Below, one piece after another: positions 38,985 to 51,053 of a stretch of DNA of 64,000 nucleotides. Under the pieces are notes generated by a model. That model saw only the letters and a list, made by a program, of their open reading frames with translations, was not told the origin of the DNA and did no database searches. The position numbers and the translations under genes were made by a program. The DNA is taken from contig CM119371.1 in assembly GCA_051294905.1 (NCBI GenBank), forward strand, positions 33,854,001 to 33,918,000, given 5' to 3'. Positions within the stretch are counted from its first letter, which is position 1. Each line of letters starts with the position of its first letter. The DNA comes from Botryllus schlosseri (Eukaryota).

Positions 38985-39152
38985 ATGGAGCGATCATTCT
39001 TGTTACGTCCCTTGGGAATTGTCGAAGCTATTTCCCGACCTCATACACATTGAGTGGGACACCTTCATTCGTCCTAACGCACAAGAACTCGAGTTGCTTT
39101 ATCACGAAGTTTGGGACTGGACCAATAACTATGTCATCCACCTTTATTCGAG
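38985..39152 (+). CDS. GT32/alpha-1,4-glycosyltransferase-like protein, penultimate coding exon
   Basis: ACAG acceptor, GTATGT donor, 168 bp, phase 2 to 2. Peptide (Q)WSDHSCYVPWELSKLFPDLIHIEWDTFIRPNAQELELLYHEVWDWTNNYVIHLYS(R). This frame is not in the ORF track. Confidence 0.9.
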
Positions 39153-39897
39153 GTATGTGTGATATGCGATCTCTTTCCGTTTACACTGAGAATTTATGAC
39201 ATTGATGTGCGTTAAAATCTCGGCCAACGTATATTCTTTTCGCCAAACGCGTCTCAAGACCAGATAGGATCGAACACGGTAAAGACATTGGCGGAAAACA
39301 AGCGCATTCCACCAAAACGCTTGGTTAAAATCAGGCCATCGATACTTTCTGGTACCAAATTATGCTTTCACATTCATTCTTGTGGCTGGAAAGGAGTTCA
39401 ATAGCCCACATGAATACTTATGGAGATATATTCCCTGGGTGTAATGGCTACTGTTTTGCCGCATTGTTTCGTAGCCACTCATCGATTTCTAATTAAAATT
39501 AGCGGATACAAGGATCCAATCTACTTACTTGGGTATTTTTCGGTTCTCCGATGATATACTTCTACGTGAAGGGGTTTCGGAATGTACTGGAAATCATGCA
39601 TCCGAGTAGAAATTTACGGCATTACGACCACCTCTGTGTCAACATGACTAAATTTAAAATGTACAAACACGTAGCGAGACATCTTCGAAATCTGGCGAAG
39701 TAGAAGTCTACAAACATACCCTCTGTGTGTGGCGCAAGTGTAAATTCACCTCTGTAGTACTAGTGCGGGGGATCAAGGGTGCAAGTACAAATTAGCCTCT
39801 GTAGTAGGCCTGCTAGCCCGAGAGATCAAGGTCCTGGACAAATTTTGAGAGATCGGAACTTTGGCGTTGCTAATTCTGGCTTCTATTTTATGGTCAG

Positions 39898-40033
39898 ATA
39901 TCTGATAGAAATGGACGGGCAGGAAGAACGCCCGCTTAGGGAGTTCGCCGTGTTCAATACGACTTACGGCGAGATCGTCCGACTTGTGTTATGGGGAGAC
40001 CCTAAACCACGTGACGTCACGGAATGGCTGTGA
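39898..40033 (+). CDS. GT32/alpha-1,4-glycosyltransferase-like protein, last coding exon
   Basis: TTTTATGGTCAG acceptor, phase 2. Peptide (R)YLIEMDGQEERPLREFAVFNTTYGEIVRLVLWGDPKPRDVTEWL-stop. Confidence 0.85.
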
Positions 40034-43000
40034 AGGGCGCCTCGCGGTGATCAAGGTAGAATTTTTTTTCCAATGTGGTCAATGCCGTCATAGTGGTCAA
40101 TGAAATGTTATCTTGCTTTTATCAGTTTTGATACGCTGTACGGTTGCGCGGATATGTACGTTAAGAAGCAGACGAAAGGGGGTGTTTCTCGGTGGCGGCG
40201 GTGTTTCCTTTTTGTAGTCTCGCCAAGCGATGGGAGTGTGTCAATTTCACAAGAAGACTTTAGTAACGCTACACGATGGGAAAGTTTTTTTCGTCGTAAT
40301 GTTTTATTTGATTTTTCAACATAAATGACACTTGTATATCGATGCAATCAATTCTATCCAATCTTCAATCAGTCAATCATGTCTTTGCCAAGAATAATAC
40401 GATAATACTTTGAGTGGGGCCTATTATTTTAATATTGCACATTAATTTGTTCCGTTTGTGTCTGCGTAATATATATGTTGTATTTGGCATTTGAAACTTT
40501 ATCTCTGTGTAATATGATAATTTAAATGCCGATATGTGACCAGGGAATCGCATGACATATAGCAGGGGGGCAGAACTCATTCATTAGTGAGACGCATATC
40601 AAAAATCGTTGCTATGAAAGAGCAACAACACTAAAATTCAAAAAAATACTTCGCAATGGAATGCAGCCTATCGGATGAAGTTTATTATTGTGTGGTGGGT
40701 GATACTATCGAATGTTATCATGTTTACAATGTTTACATTCGATAGTGATACGGTGCTTCTCCACCTGGGCTGCTGGCTGACATCAGACTGATATGACGTC
40801 AAAGCAGTGCGGATCAGTTCCTTCAACTGTTGATGAAAATTTAGGGAATATTTCAGCTCGGTACTTTTATTAGTCCGTAAATCTGTTTTCGTCGGGTACC
40901 TTGTGGCATAGTTTTGGTGTTTGTTGGATTAGTAATACGTAATACCTCGGGCGATTTTTTTACCTAAAAAAGGGAAGATTTGGACCAAAAAAAAATCAAA
41001 ATTTTGACATTTTTTGAGCTTGAAAAAAACTAATTTTTACCAGATTTCGACCTCATGTATGTGAAATAGGTGTTTTCTCACATATTGTTGAAATTGTAGT
41101 ACTTATCTTCATTTCTGGTTGGGACTGTCTGTCCTTACGAAGTAGTTTGGCCTAAAATAACTTTTTTGACTTAAAAAAAGAGAATCTTTACATGAAAAAA
41201 CTTATTTTAACGACATCTGGACCTATGACCTATGAAGAATTCCAGTAGTTACGTCACGCAGTATGGTATAAATAATTAAAATTTGTTGTACTACAACGAC
41301 AGATATCTTCCTGCCTTCTCGGTGTCTGTCCTTAGTAAGTAGCTTGCCAAGAATGGAGAAAGGGCGTTCAACAGCAGCAGTTGCTGGCTAGCAACAGCGA
41401 AGTTGTGCTTACACCGCTGGTGACACACCGTGTTGCTTCATTCTGACAATGTTATCTACATAACAATTTTCCATCACGCGCTTCTTGATATAGGAACCAA
41501 TGTCCGCGCAGTCATGCTTTACTTAGGATATTGCGGTACGTTGAGCATAAAACTATGTCAATATTTCTGTTTAATTTGACCATTTATGATTCATATTGAG
41601 CAGACATAACGGTAGGCCTGTAAAGTAGGCTACAAACTGTAAAATGTCAAATGATAAGCTCACCGACAGTCCAAACATCTACGATACAAACGAAATGCAG
41701 GTTGCAAAAAAGTTTTGACCTTGTCTACAATTTTGACAATTTTTTGACCTAACGCTACAATTTTGACGAGATTTTGACTTGTTTTGACAAGTTAAAAAGA
41801 ATCGTCCTATAATGATCATTCGTTAAAGCTGTTTTGTGGATAGCCGGTTGCCGCTGTGGCCGGGTGTGCGGCGCGTTGCATTCTTACGTCTGGTGATATT
41901 GGGAAAGGAGCAAGCTATCACGACAAAACCTTTCTATCTCGATATTGTCGAAGCGAAGTATAATATTCGAGCTGGCGTAGTCGGTAAAGCCTTTGATGCG
42001 CGTGACTATAATCGAGTCTCGGCGGTAGCACGTTTGTTTATCTGGGCAAGGCAATTTTACTTCGACTCCGCAGATACTCTACCATGTAACTGCATAAATA
42101 ACATCATGAACATATTTTATTAGGAACAAAACCCTCAGAATTTCACTCTTTAGTATCATACTTGCAAAAGACGGTAGGATCGGGGCTTACGATACTTATG
42201 TTGACACCTTCACTGTAAAAAAAACACCTCGATATACCGCGAAATGTTTGGAAGCACGGTAGCCAGACAATTCGTGGTAATGTAACATTACCGTTAGTCA
42301 ATGTAAATTTAACTTACACTCGTCCGGTAATCTCACTTTACACGCCAGACTGTAATGTTACAGTCACCTCCGGTATATCCAACCTACATTTTATTCTGTA
42401 TATTTGCCACTCAGACTGTAATTTTACCGCCTACCTACATATATGCTGTCTGTGTAAATCAGGATTACATACCAGCTTGTAAATTCACGTACATCCCCCC
42501 ATACCTATCGCAAAGCAACCCGATGCTAAAATATCGCAAAAGCTTCTTCACACCCCCAAAACGACATTGGAACAAACTGTGTATATTCATTCATGATTCA
42601 CGATGAAAAGATTATCGATGGAAAAGTATTGCTGCTGGAGGTCTAATTCTTCTTTAGGAGACATGCAGTAACACGAGTGGTCTCCCACCATCGGCCAAAC
42701 TTCCAATTGTTTCTTTTTCTCGTCCTCATTTCTTCTGTGTAGCTAGTATCTTGCAGTTCCACTAAAAATAATTCATGCATAAGTCGCTATATTAAGCAAA
42801 GTTCCTAACCTAGACATGACATTATAAAGACTACTAAGACAAATAGGGTAACAAAAATGTAACAATTTTTGAAGTACCGGTACTGGTACATTGTGTGGTG
42901 ACGGCTCCGCCTTTTACATGATATAGCAGATACTCATGACTTACTTTATCTAATGCAGCGGTTCTCAACCTTTTTGGGCATGCACCCCACTTGGCGATGG

Positions 43001-45217
43001 CCAAAAAAATTGCGCCCCCTGCATGTATCGTCATGTCAAAAAGAGCACATCATCTAATATAGAGATAGGCTATGTTAATCTGTCCATATCCATTCCCGAT
43101 GAACTCCGGACTATTATACTTTTCACAAAGGCCTATTGTACGCACCGAAATCGCGAGTGGTAATGTTATGAGTAGTTGCTGGAATTCCATATTTTCGCGC
43201 AGAGTGAAGCGCATATTTTTTTTAGATTCACGAATGAATACCGTAAGTAATAGTAGCAGTATCATATATTATTGTCAACTATTTCTCCTTTTTCAGCCCA
43301 TGTGATCAGATTCACTGGTAGGGTTCACGAAGGGTGTGCTTTCGAAAATTTAGGGCAAGTTATAAATGATAATGCATCTTTGTGTGGGCCAATTGTTATT
43401 AGTCATGCACTTTGTTGCATGCTGTTATTTCTTGACCCCCGATCAGGATTGACCATCGTATCGGTAGTGAAATTATATTGAAATCACCCAAATGCACCAT
43501 AAAAAAAATTCTTTCATGAGGAGCACACGATTCTGATTCCTGCTCAGATTTAGAAGGGCGCTACTATATTGGAATCGAAAAATTAAGTTATGTTGAATTG
43601 CGTGGAGCGGGAAGAAAATTTCAAGAATAATTAAAATCTCTAAAAAAATTGGGAGTGAATTAGTAATTTCAATTTGCATGTCGACGGATGCTAACACATA
43701 GGCTACTAATTGAATTAGGTGTCGACGGCCGCACAAATTCCCATCTACAGGCGAATTCACACCTAGCCGGTTCCCACGGTAAATTCGCGCGTAACGGACG
43801 AATCGCAAGACTCAATTCACACATTCACGACTCGCGATTACTGTACGGTAGCCGTGCGACGACCATCCGAACGTATATTCACACTGCCGCGGTCGATCAA
43901 CCACGGTTGCAAGCGGTACACCCTGATTCCATTCCAGTTTGCTATGCCTCTTTTCAACATATTGAAATATGACAGGCCAACAACATAACTAATCTACTTT
44001 TTGCACTTTGGAATATTTGCACCTATTTGTAGTGTCACAGGTCAGTTTGCAATAGTCACAAAGATGCACCCTGCAATTTCAAAGTTACCACCTCTGCTAA
44101 AACTATTCGAGCCATCAACCAAATCCACTATTCAAAACTACTTGATCACCTTTCATATCTTCATTTCCTACACTTGAAGTAGTTTCCACATGTCTCTGAA
44201 ATTGCTAATTCTACTTGAAGGCGAGTAAAACTTTACAGCAATACTAATGTATGAGTAGCAACGCTGAATATTCTGACCACATTGGATAAATAGTCACCTA
44301 TTCCTGATCATTCCAAGAAATCAAGTGTGCCTTACAATACAGAATTGAATTTTCAATCATGTTATGCAATAAAATGACGAACAATAAAATGAAATGGTTA
44401 CACTTGAAAGCAACATCTGCAAATACAGAATGCATACATTTGAAGAAAGAAACAAGAATAATATGCAATACAACGGTACCAATTAAATCGATGCAGTAAT
44501 ATTCATAATAGACAAAACAGTATGCATGAAATAACAGTGCTAGTTTTCAACTGGTTCTTGTGATCATAAACTTGGAAAATTTTGCATAATGTCCTTCATT
44601 ATTGCAGCAGCACACACATCCTCCGTTGACTCACAACTGTGCCGCCATTAAGTGCGCAAAATGATCATATTACTCCAGGGTGCAGAAAACTGGTCAGTGC
44701 TCTTCTGTAGAAACTTTATCATCTCACCCTGAATAAGATATAATCTATATGTTACATGCATAGCGTGACAAGTCATACATCACAGCTACACCTACCTGCA
44801 TCAAATGTCTGTCATCATAGTATCTTCGCTCTTCCCTGGTTATTGTCTGCCAATTGTGGAGTTCAATGATGCGTTGTTGGTGGATGCAAGAGATGACGTA
44901 GCAGTGCTAGTTGACACATCAGCTGGTTTCACATCATTTGTCTCTGGCAGTGGTTTCTAAATCCCAATATTAAAACATTTGAAAGCTTATTTTACAGCAA
45001 TGCCTTTGAATTTTACTTCATGCAAAGATTCACCACAATTCGAAATATCTGATGTTGTCACTTCAACCAATCATTGCTTCCAACTTATTCTGCTGCAGTA
45101 ATCAAACTATCAGAGTAGTGAACTTTTTCAATATCTTGCAGGTTGGCAACAGTGATACACAGATGAGTATGGTCAACAAAGAAGCTAAAAATTTGTACTT
45201 TATCACGACCTATTCTC

Positions 45218-47725
45218 CAGTGTTGGGATGACTCGAGTCATGACTTGACTCGAGTCAGACTCGAGTCAACTTTTTCGTATGACTTGACTTGACTCGAGTC
45301 ACGTTGCAAAAATGGCTTGACTTGACTTGACTCGACGCTTCAAAAACGTGGATTGACTCGTGACTCGGAGCAAAATTGACGAGTCAATTTCAAGTCATCA
45401 ATAAGCAAACTGTGTAGACCAGTGGTTCTTAACCTTTTTTCGTCCAGCGCCCCCTTTCAAAAATTATCGTGCTCCAGCGCCCCCCTCAACTTCATATTGT
45501 AAGGAATGTAATAAAGACAATGAGTAAGAGGGAGGGCCGTAACAGCACTTCGTCAACCCCCCTAAAAACGATTGCCTTGCGCACCCATAGTGTGATAAAC
45601 CGAACTTCTGAGGGCTTCGCCCCCACGAACCCCATATCGTGATTTTGATGGTCAGCAAAGTTTGTGTGGCCTGGTCGCCCTAGGTACCAAAATTTGCTAT
45701 AATGCATGGTAATTACATTTATAAGTCGCTATAAACTTTTTATCCTCTCAGCCCACGTAATCAGATTTACCAGTAGCACTGAGTGAGCTGTTGTATAGGA
45801 AAATAAGGGGCACGTAATTAATAATTAAACATATTCGGGTGTTCCCGCAGGTACAATTATTCGTTACCAGGTCCGTAACAGCACTTCGTCAGCCCCCTCC
45901 CCGAACATAAAACGTTGGTCCTGGGCCCCCATCGGGTGATAAACCAAACTTCCGGGGGACCTCGCTCCCAGACCCCCATTAGGCTGTCCGCTATTTGCTG
46001 ATAGCCTATTAGGTATCTACATTGGGTGTACATTTACTGAGGGAGCTATTCTCCCCTAGTCGCGCGAAAAATTTCACTAATTAATGATTGAATTGGTCAA
46101 TATCATCGGGAATTGCATGTAAATTGAGTTCAATTTTTATCCTCTCTCTACTCACGTAAACAAATTTACCGGTAGAGCTGAGTTAGATGCAATGTTCCCT
46201 CTAAGCTGCGCACGTGCGCAGTGCTGACACGGTCTCTGCGCACAGAAAATCTACGTTGCGCACAACAAATCCGGAGTTATTACCTTTTTTTAGTCGTTAC
46301 GCACCGTTGTCCAAGGGTCAGCGCAGTGAGTTGTTGAGTGTGCGCAGACTCATCAAAACTTAAAGCGAACATTGTGAGGTTTCTTGGAAACTGTAGGGCC
46401 CGTTACCAATAATTAAACATATTCGGGCAGGCGAACCCGTTGGTATGACCTCGTTGCATGATGTTATTTCGTGACCCCCTGTCTGCAATATCAAAAAATA
46501 TAGAATCGCTCAACGGGGATATCGCCCAACAGGAATATCCCTGTCGCCCAATCGTACTAAACTAAAAGACGCTCATGATTTCAGATTGGTATTTCTTCAC
46601 TGACATATAATTTTTCTCTGCCAGATGGAATTCGTCTTCTGGGGTTCAGATTTCCAAGACAGGAACATTCGGTGTCAGTCATTTAGGCGCCCATGGACAA
46701 TTAAACCTATATGTATTTTGAAGGCTATATGTAACGAAGTTTTCGGTGTTAATTTGCTCTGAATACTCATTAAGGATATGTCCTATCACCACATCATCTA
46801 CTGCGAAGCCATTTTTCTCCAGCGCCCCCCATACCGCCCCCTGAGCCCAGCGCCCCCCATATCGCCCCCTGAGCGTTTCCGCCCCCCTTCAACATCGCCA
46901 GCGCCCCCTGGGGGGCGCTGCGGGCAAGGTTAAGAACCACTGGTGTAGACTAAATCATTGCATCATGTGTACGTTCGGATTATTCGCGATACGGCGCTGA
47001 CACTTGTGAGAGCAACCAGTCATTCACTCATTGTGCGTTCCACTGGTCCTCCATTGTTACATCACAAATAAATTGACCGCAAACGAAATGATAACGGCTT
47101 ACGTTGTCGTCGTAGTAGTAGTAGAATAATAGAAACGTATCTCTGTTTCTTAGTCGGCTCAGCGCTTACATTGAGCAGTGCGCACTTTTACCAACCCTTC
47201 TCTATGATTTAAATCGAATGAATATAGTTTATGCGTTTATATTCTCACGGATGTGTGTTGTAGATCGGTAGTGTATGTACCATATCAATTTGTTTAAACT
47301 TCTCGAAGCTTCGTATTCGATCCTTCATTTTGGCTGATAGTAACAGACTGTAGCATGTAACTAGTTAATCACGTATTCTATTAGCAAGTTCTACGTGTGC
47401 GCGTGCGATACATCGCCCTTTTCCTTGTATATTTAACTTTATATTCGTTATTTGATTCAAGCTAAATGGCCAATTAATCTCTTTCACGCAGCTGGCAAAA
47501 TGTTATCACTCATACGTCGAAGATTCAATTTGACTTGAATTGTGACTTGACTCATGACTTGACTTGACTTGACTCGACTTGACTCGAGTCACCTCCAAAA
47601 ATCGAGTGACTTGACTTGACTCGAGTCACCTTCGAAAATTGATTGACTTGACTTGACTCGAGTCAAAATCTGCAACGACTCGAGATGACTCGTGACTCGA
47701 AGGTAGTGACTTGATCCCAACACTG
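45218..47725. mobile_element. hAT-like element with GACTTGACTCGAGTC arrays
   Basis: TIRs CAGTGTTGGGAT / ATCCCAACACTG, perfect TSD CTATTCTC. Single-copy empty site in copy A near 10375-10382. Confidence 0.93.
45420..46942. mobile_element. hAT element with AGCGCCCCC repeats, copy 2
   Basis: TIRs CAGTGGTTCTTAACC / GGTTAAGAACCACTG, perfect TSD GTGTAGAC. Contains the CAATGTTCCC MITE at 46190-46374. Confidence 0.93.
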
Positions 47726-47937
47726 CTATTCTCTGCGTTGGATGCAAGAAACATTTTCTTCTGGTATGATGTCCTATCTTGTGCAAATGCAGCATTTCAA
47801 CTAGGAGTAAATGAATGTTTCCCTCTTTCCCAAAAATTGCTCCTCGAAGTCGACCATCGAGTTTTCACTTGCCCCACTGAATGAAATTACAGCAGTAATA
47901 CTAAAATGAATATTAGAAATGAATGGAAATGGACATA

Positions 47938-48901
47938 GGGGAGATGTGGTACCGATGGATCACTGGGACCGAAAATACTTGAAAAATTCTCCATGATAAT
48001 TCCATGATGACACTACGTGAATTTGTCTACAATTAAATGCTGGCAGAATCTTTCCTCACATGCAAAAAAATTCGACCTGCGTAAGTTATGGGGTCTGTGA
48101 CGAATGATTTACGTTTTAGAGGGTATAAAGTAAATTTGGATCGACATTTTCATTTTTCTATATCACCTTTCAGACTAACAAACCCGCCATAATTTTTGAT
48201 GTGAAGTATAGGGCTTGTATCAGGGTATATAATGGCACATATTTTTTGAATCAATACCATCCTCGAGTGGACTATTTTCAAGTCAATTACAATATTTATA
48301 GGGTGGGGGGCCTATGATACCATAGCCTAATCAAGCAAAATAGATGGACCAACTAATCACTTAACAACAGAAACTCGCCTAAATATATATATAGGCTGTA
48401 AATCATAGTCACCTGTGGTGTTTTATCGTTATTACGAGGTATTAGAAAGTCAAAATGTCGATTTGCGGGAAATATGTATGTGGCATTAATTTTGTAAGTT
48501 TAAGCGTAAATGAAAACATGATTTTAGGCCAACATTTGAGTTGATATAATCTATTTTATTCTTGAAGTTCGCGACGAAACATTCCTCATTGGCTTGCTGT
48601 AGCTTAGCTTGTAGTACACAACAAAACAAGTTAACAAATTTGAGTTTTTGAGCGTATGTCTCATAGGTCCCATGGTCGTGTGCCATTGGACCCACCGGGT
48701 GGGGACCGATGACACGTTCGAGCAACAAATTTTAAACGTTCATAAATATTTTTTGAAAAGGCGGATATTCATGTAAATGTTCGCGATAGGTAGAGCTTGT
48801 ATCGAAGTGTTGAGACAGCAAAAGATCCACTATTCTCGGCAGAAGATTTGAGGGCCAGTGATCATTTTGCAATTTTTGATCCATCGGTACCACATCTCCC
48901 C
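47938..48901. mobile_element. TA-targeting DNA element, copy 2
   Basis: Same 25-bp TIRs as 21914-22878. The TA duplication is confirmed by the empty site CTGGTATGTCC near 10170-10180. Confidence 0.93.
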
Positions 48902-49403
48902 TACCAGATATTTGCAGTACATCAGCAATTGATGTTGATGTAGGCTGTCATCATCAACTGGCCTGATTTTTTAGTAGTGGAAAGGATTATAGAGTACAAT
49001 TTCTGTAAACAGATGTAGTAAGATTGGAAAGACACCATTATCTAGTAAAAATGCATGCATCGATATAATATGAATATGAACTCATTTTAGTTGATAGTTG
49101 ATAAAATGAAATAGTGTTGCAGGAATGAATTACCAGCTTCTATCAACTAACTAGGTACTCATTTGCTACATGATAATCACAACACAGGACATGGAATTCT
49201 AGGTTAAAATGTCAAATGCAAATAAAATAATTAACATCAACTGCGTATGTACAAGGATAACAAGGTTATGAAATGACTTGTAGCAGTCCTTAAATCAGAC
49301 CCACACATTAAACCAGAACAAGTGAATAGCAGGCAGCCCTGTGATCACAAGCAGTGATTTATCAGGTATGCAGAAAACAAACTGCTATAGAAACACGTGC
49401 AAC

Positions 49404-50242
49404 TGTGGCAGCCGTGCTCTATACTGCCCCTTACGTCAGTTGTAGTATTATCGCATCGTGCTTTGACTTCCTCTTTTGCCTCTGGCCGCTTCGGCGGACA
49501 GACGTATAATAAAAGCTCTGCAGCAGTTGTTGAATCGTGTGTGATCAACTACAGACGGAGGTCTGCTACAATGGCGAGCACGCTAAAAACGTTACTTCAT
49601 TAATTTGGCTGCAAGTCTGAAGATTCCTGGACAGTAACGGTATGCTGAAAGTTGGCGGAAATTCGATTACGGCATTGGCTATTTGAACCGATTGAAGAAG
49701 CAGTTTTGCATCGATATGAGAAGTTTGAAGACTTGACTGATGGCTTCACTTCGTAATGACTGTTTCACTGGCGGAACTGATGTGAGCGCGCGTGGAGGGG
49801 ATGGAGCTTGTGACTCTCCCGGTCCGATGTCATGAAGAGGGGATGGAGCATGTGACTCTCCCGTTGATGTGGCGCGGCGTTGTTAGGGTTTTAGTTTAGG
49901 GAATTGTTCACTGATGTTAGTTTAGGGTTAGTGTTCTGCTAATGTGATGCGGTCATGCGGATGTTTGCGATTTTGTTGGTGATTTTGAACTTGTCGGTTT
50001 TGATGTTGCTGTTTTTTTTTATTGTAGTTTGTGAGAGTGCTTTTATAGGCACTTCTCGAGTTTGATGGGGAATAGTGTGGCAGCCGTGCTCTATACTGCC
50101 CCTTACGTCAGTTGTAGTATTATCGCATCGTGCTTTGACTTCCTCTTTTGCCTCTGGCCGCTTCGGCGGACAGACGTATAATAAAAGCTCTGCAGCAGTT
50201 GTTGAATCGTGTGTGGTCAACTACAGACGGAGGTCTGCTACA
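49404..50242 (+). mobile_element. Miniature non-autonomous LTR retrotransposon (TRIM-like), 839 bp
   Basis: 167-bp direct repeats 49404-49570 and 50076-50242 (TG...CA, one mismatch), PBS TGGCGAGC at 49572, purine tract GATGGGGAATAG before the 3' LTR, 4-bp TSD CAAC, empty site near 9678-9684. Confidence 0.93.
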
Positions 50243-50544
50243 CAACTGAGTCAGCCTGATCGCAATATCGTTGCCAGATGCAAAACACTCATCGCATAAT
50301 AATATAGAATAACCACAACTGGCGAGCATACATAACAAAACGACTGATTACTACTGCAGATTACTGCATCGCAGTACCATCATACCGGCATGCCGTCTGG
50401 TATGTATCTACACATCCTACCGCTACCGGTAAACTCACCTTCTCATATCACATATTTCTTCGTGCAACCAATATACACCCTGAACACAGCATAGAAGCAC
50501 TCTCCTTCGATAATTATTCAATACATTCAACACGACAAGCTGCT

Positions 50545-51053
50545 AAATCCATAGGAGCACACTTTCGACTGAGCTCACGGCAGCAACGATAGCCACGGAA
50601 AGTTCGTTTGATCCAACCCTCCGTACGGCAGCAAAAAAGCGAAGAAATCAACCGTGCGATAGCCGTGGCGACAGCCGCCGTGAACGAATCGTGCATGTGT
50701 AAACATTTCCACGGCAAGTCGGCCGTACGACCGTACGACCGTACGATGGAAAACCGTACGGCGAAAATCGTGGCCGGGAACCGTGCATGTGTGAATTAGC
50801 CTTTAATTCATAGGAGCACACTTTCGACTGAGCTCACGGCAGCAACGATAGCCACGGAAAGTTCGTTTGATCCAACTTTCCGTACGGCAGCAAAAAAGCG
50901 AAGAAATACACCGTGCGATAGCCGTGGCGACAGCCGCCGTGAACGAATCGTGCATGTGTGAACATTTCCACGGCAAGTCGGCCGTACGACCGTACGATGG
51001 AAAACCGTGCGGCAAAAATCGTGGCCGGGAACCGTGCATGTGTGAATTAGCCT
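50545..51053. repeat. Tandem duplication (about 255 bp x2) of the Harbinger-type terminal segment
   Basis: 50545-50802 and 50806-51053 are near-identical and each ends in GTGTGAATTAGCCT. Confidence 0.85.

Larger units (their letters stand above)
43749..51053. mobile_element. PIF/Harbinger-type non-autonomous element, copy B
   Basis: TIRs AGGCGAATTCACAC / GTGTGAATTAGCCT, 3-bp TSD TAC. The empty site TTCTACTGCCGCAGG is in the sister hAT copy near 33025. Superfamily inferred from the 3-bp TSD and purine-rich ends. Confidence 0.82.

Noticed and set aside
38969..39199. 76-aa ORF from the track
   Set aside because: It is the wrong frame. The real coding sequence is the spliced exon 38985-39152 in another frame.
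49870..49935. Telomere-like TTAGGG repeats in the TRIM interior
   Set aside because: Only a few scattered TTAGGG/TTTAG motifs, not a tandem telomeric array.
49345..50338. Duplicated short ORFs
   Set aside because: They are translations of the two LTRs. No gag or pol motifs.
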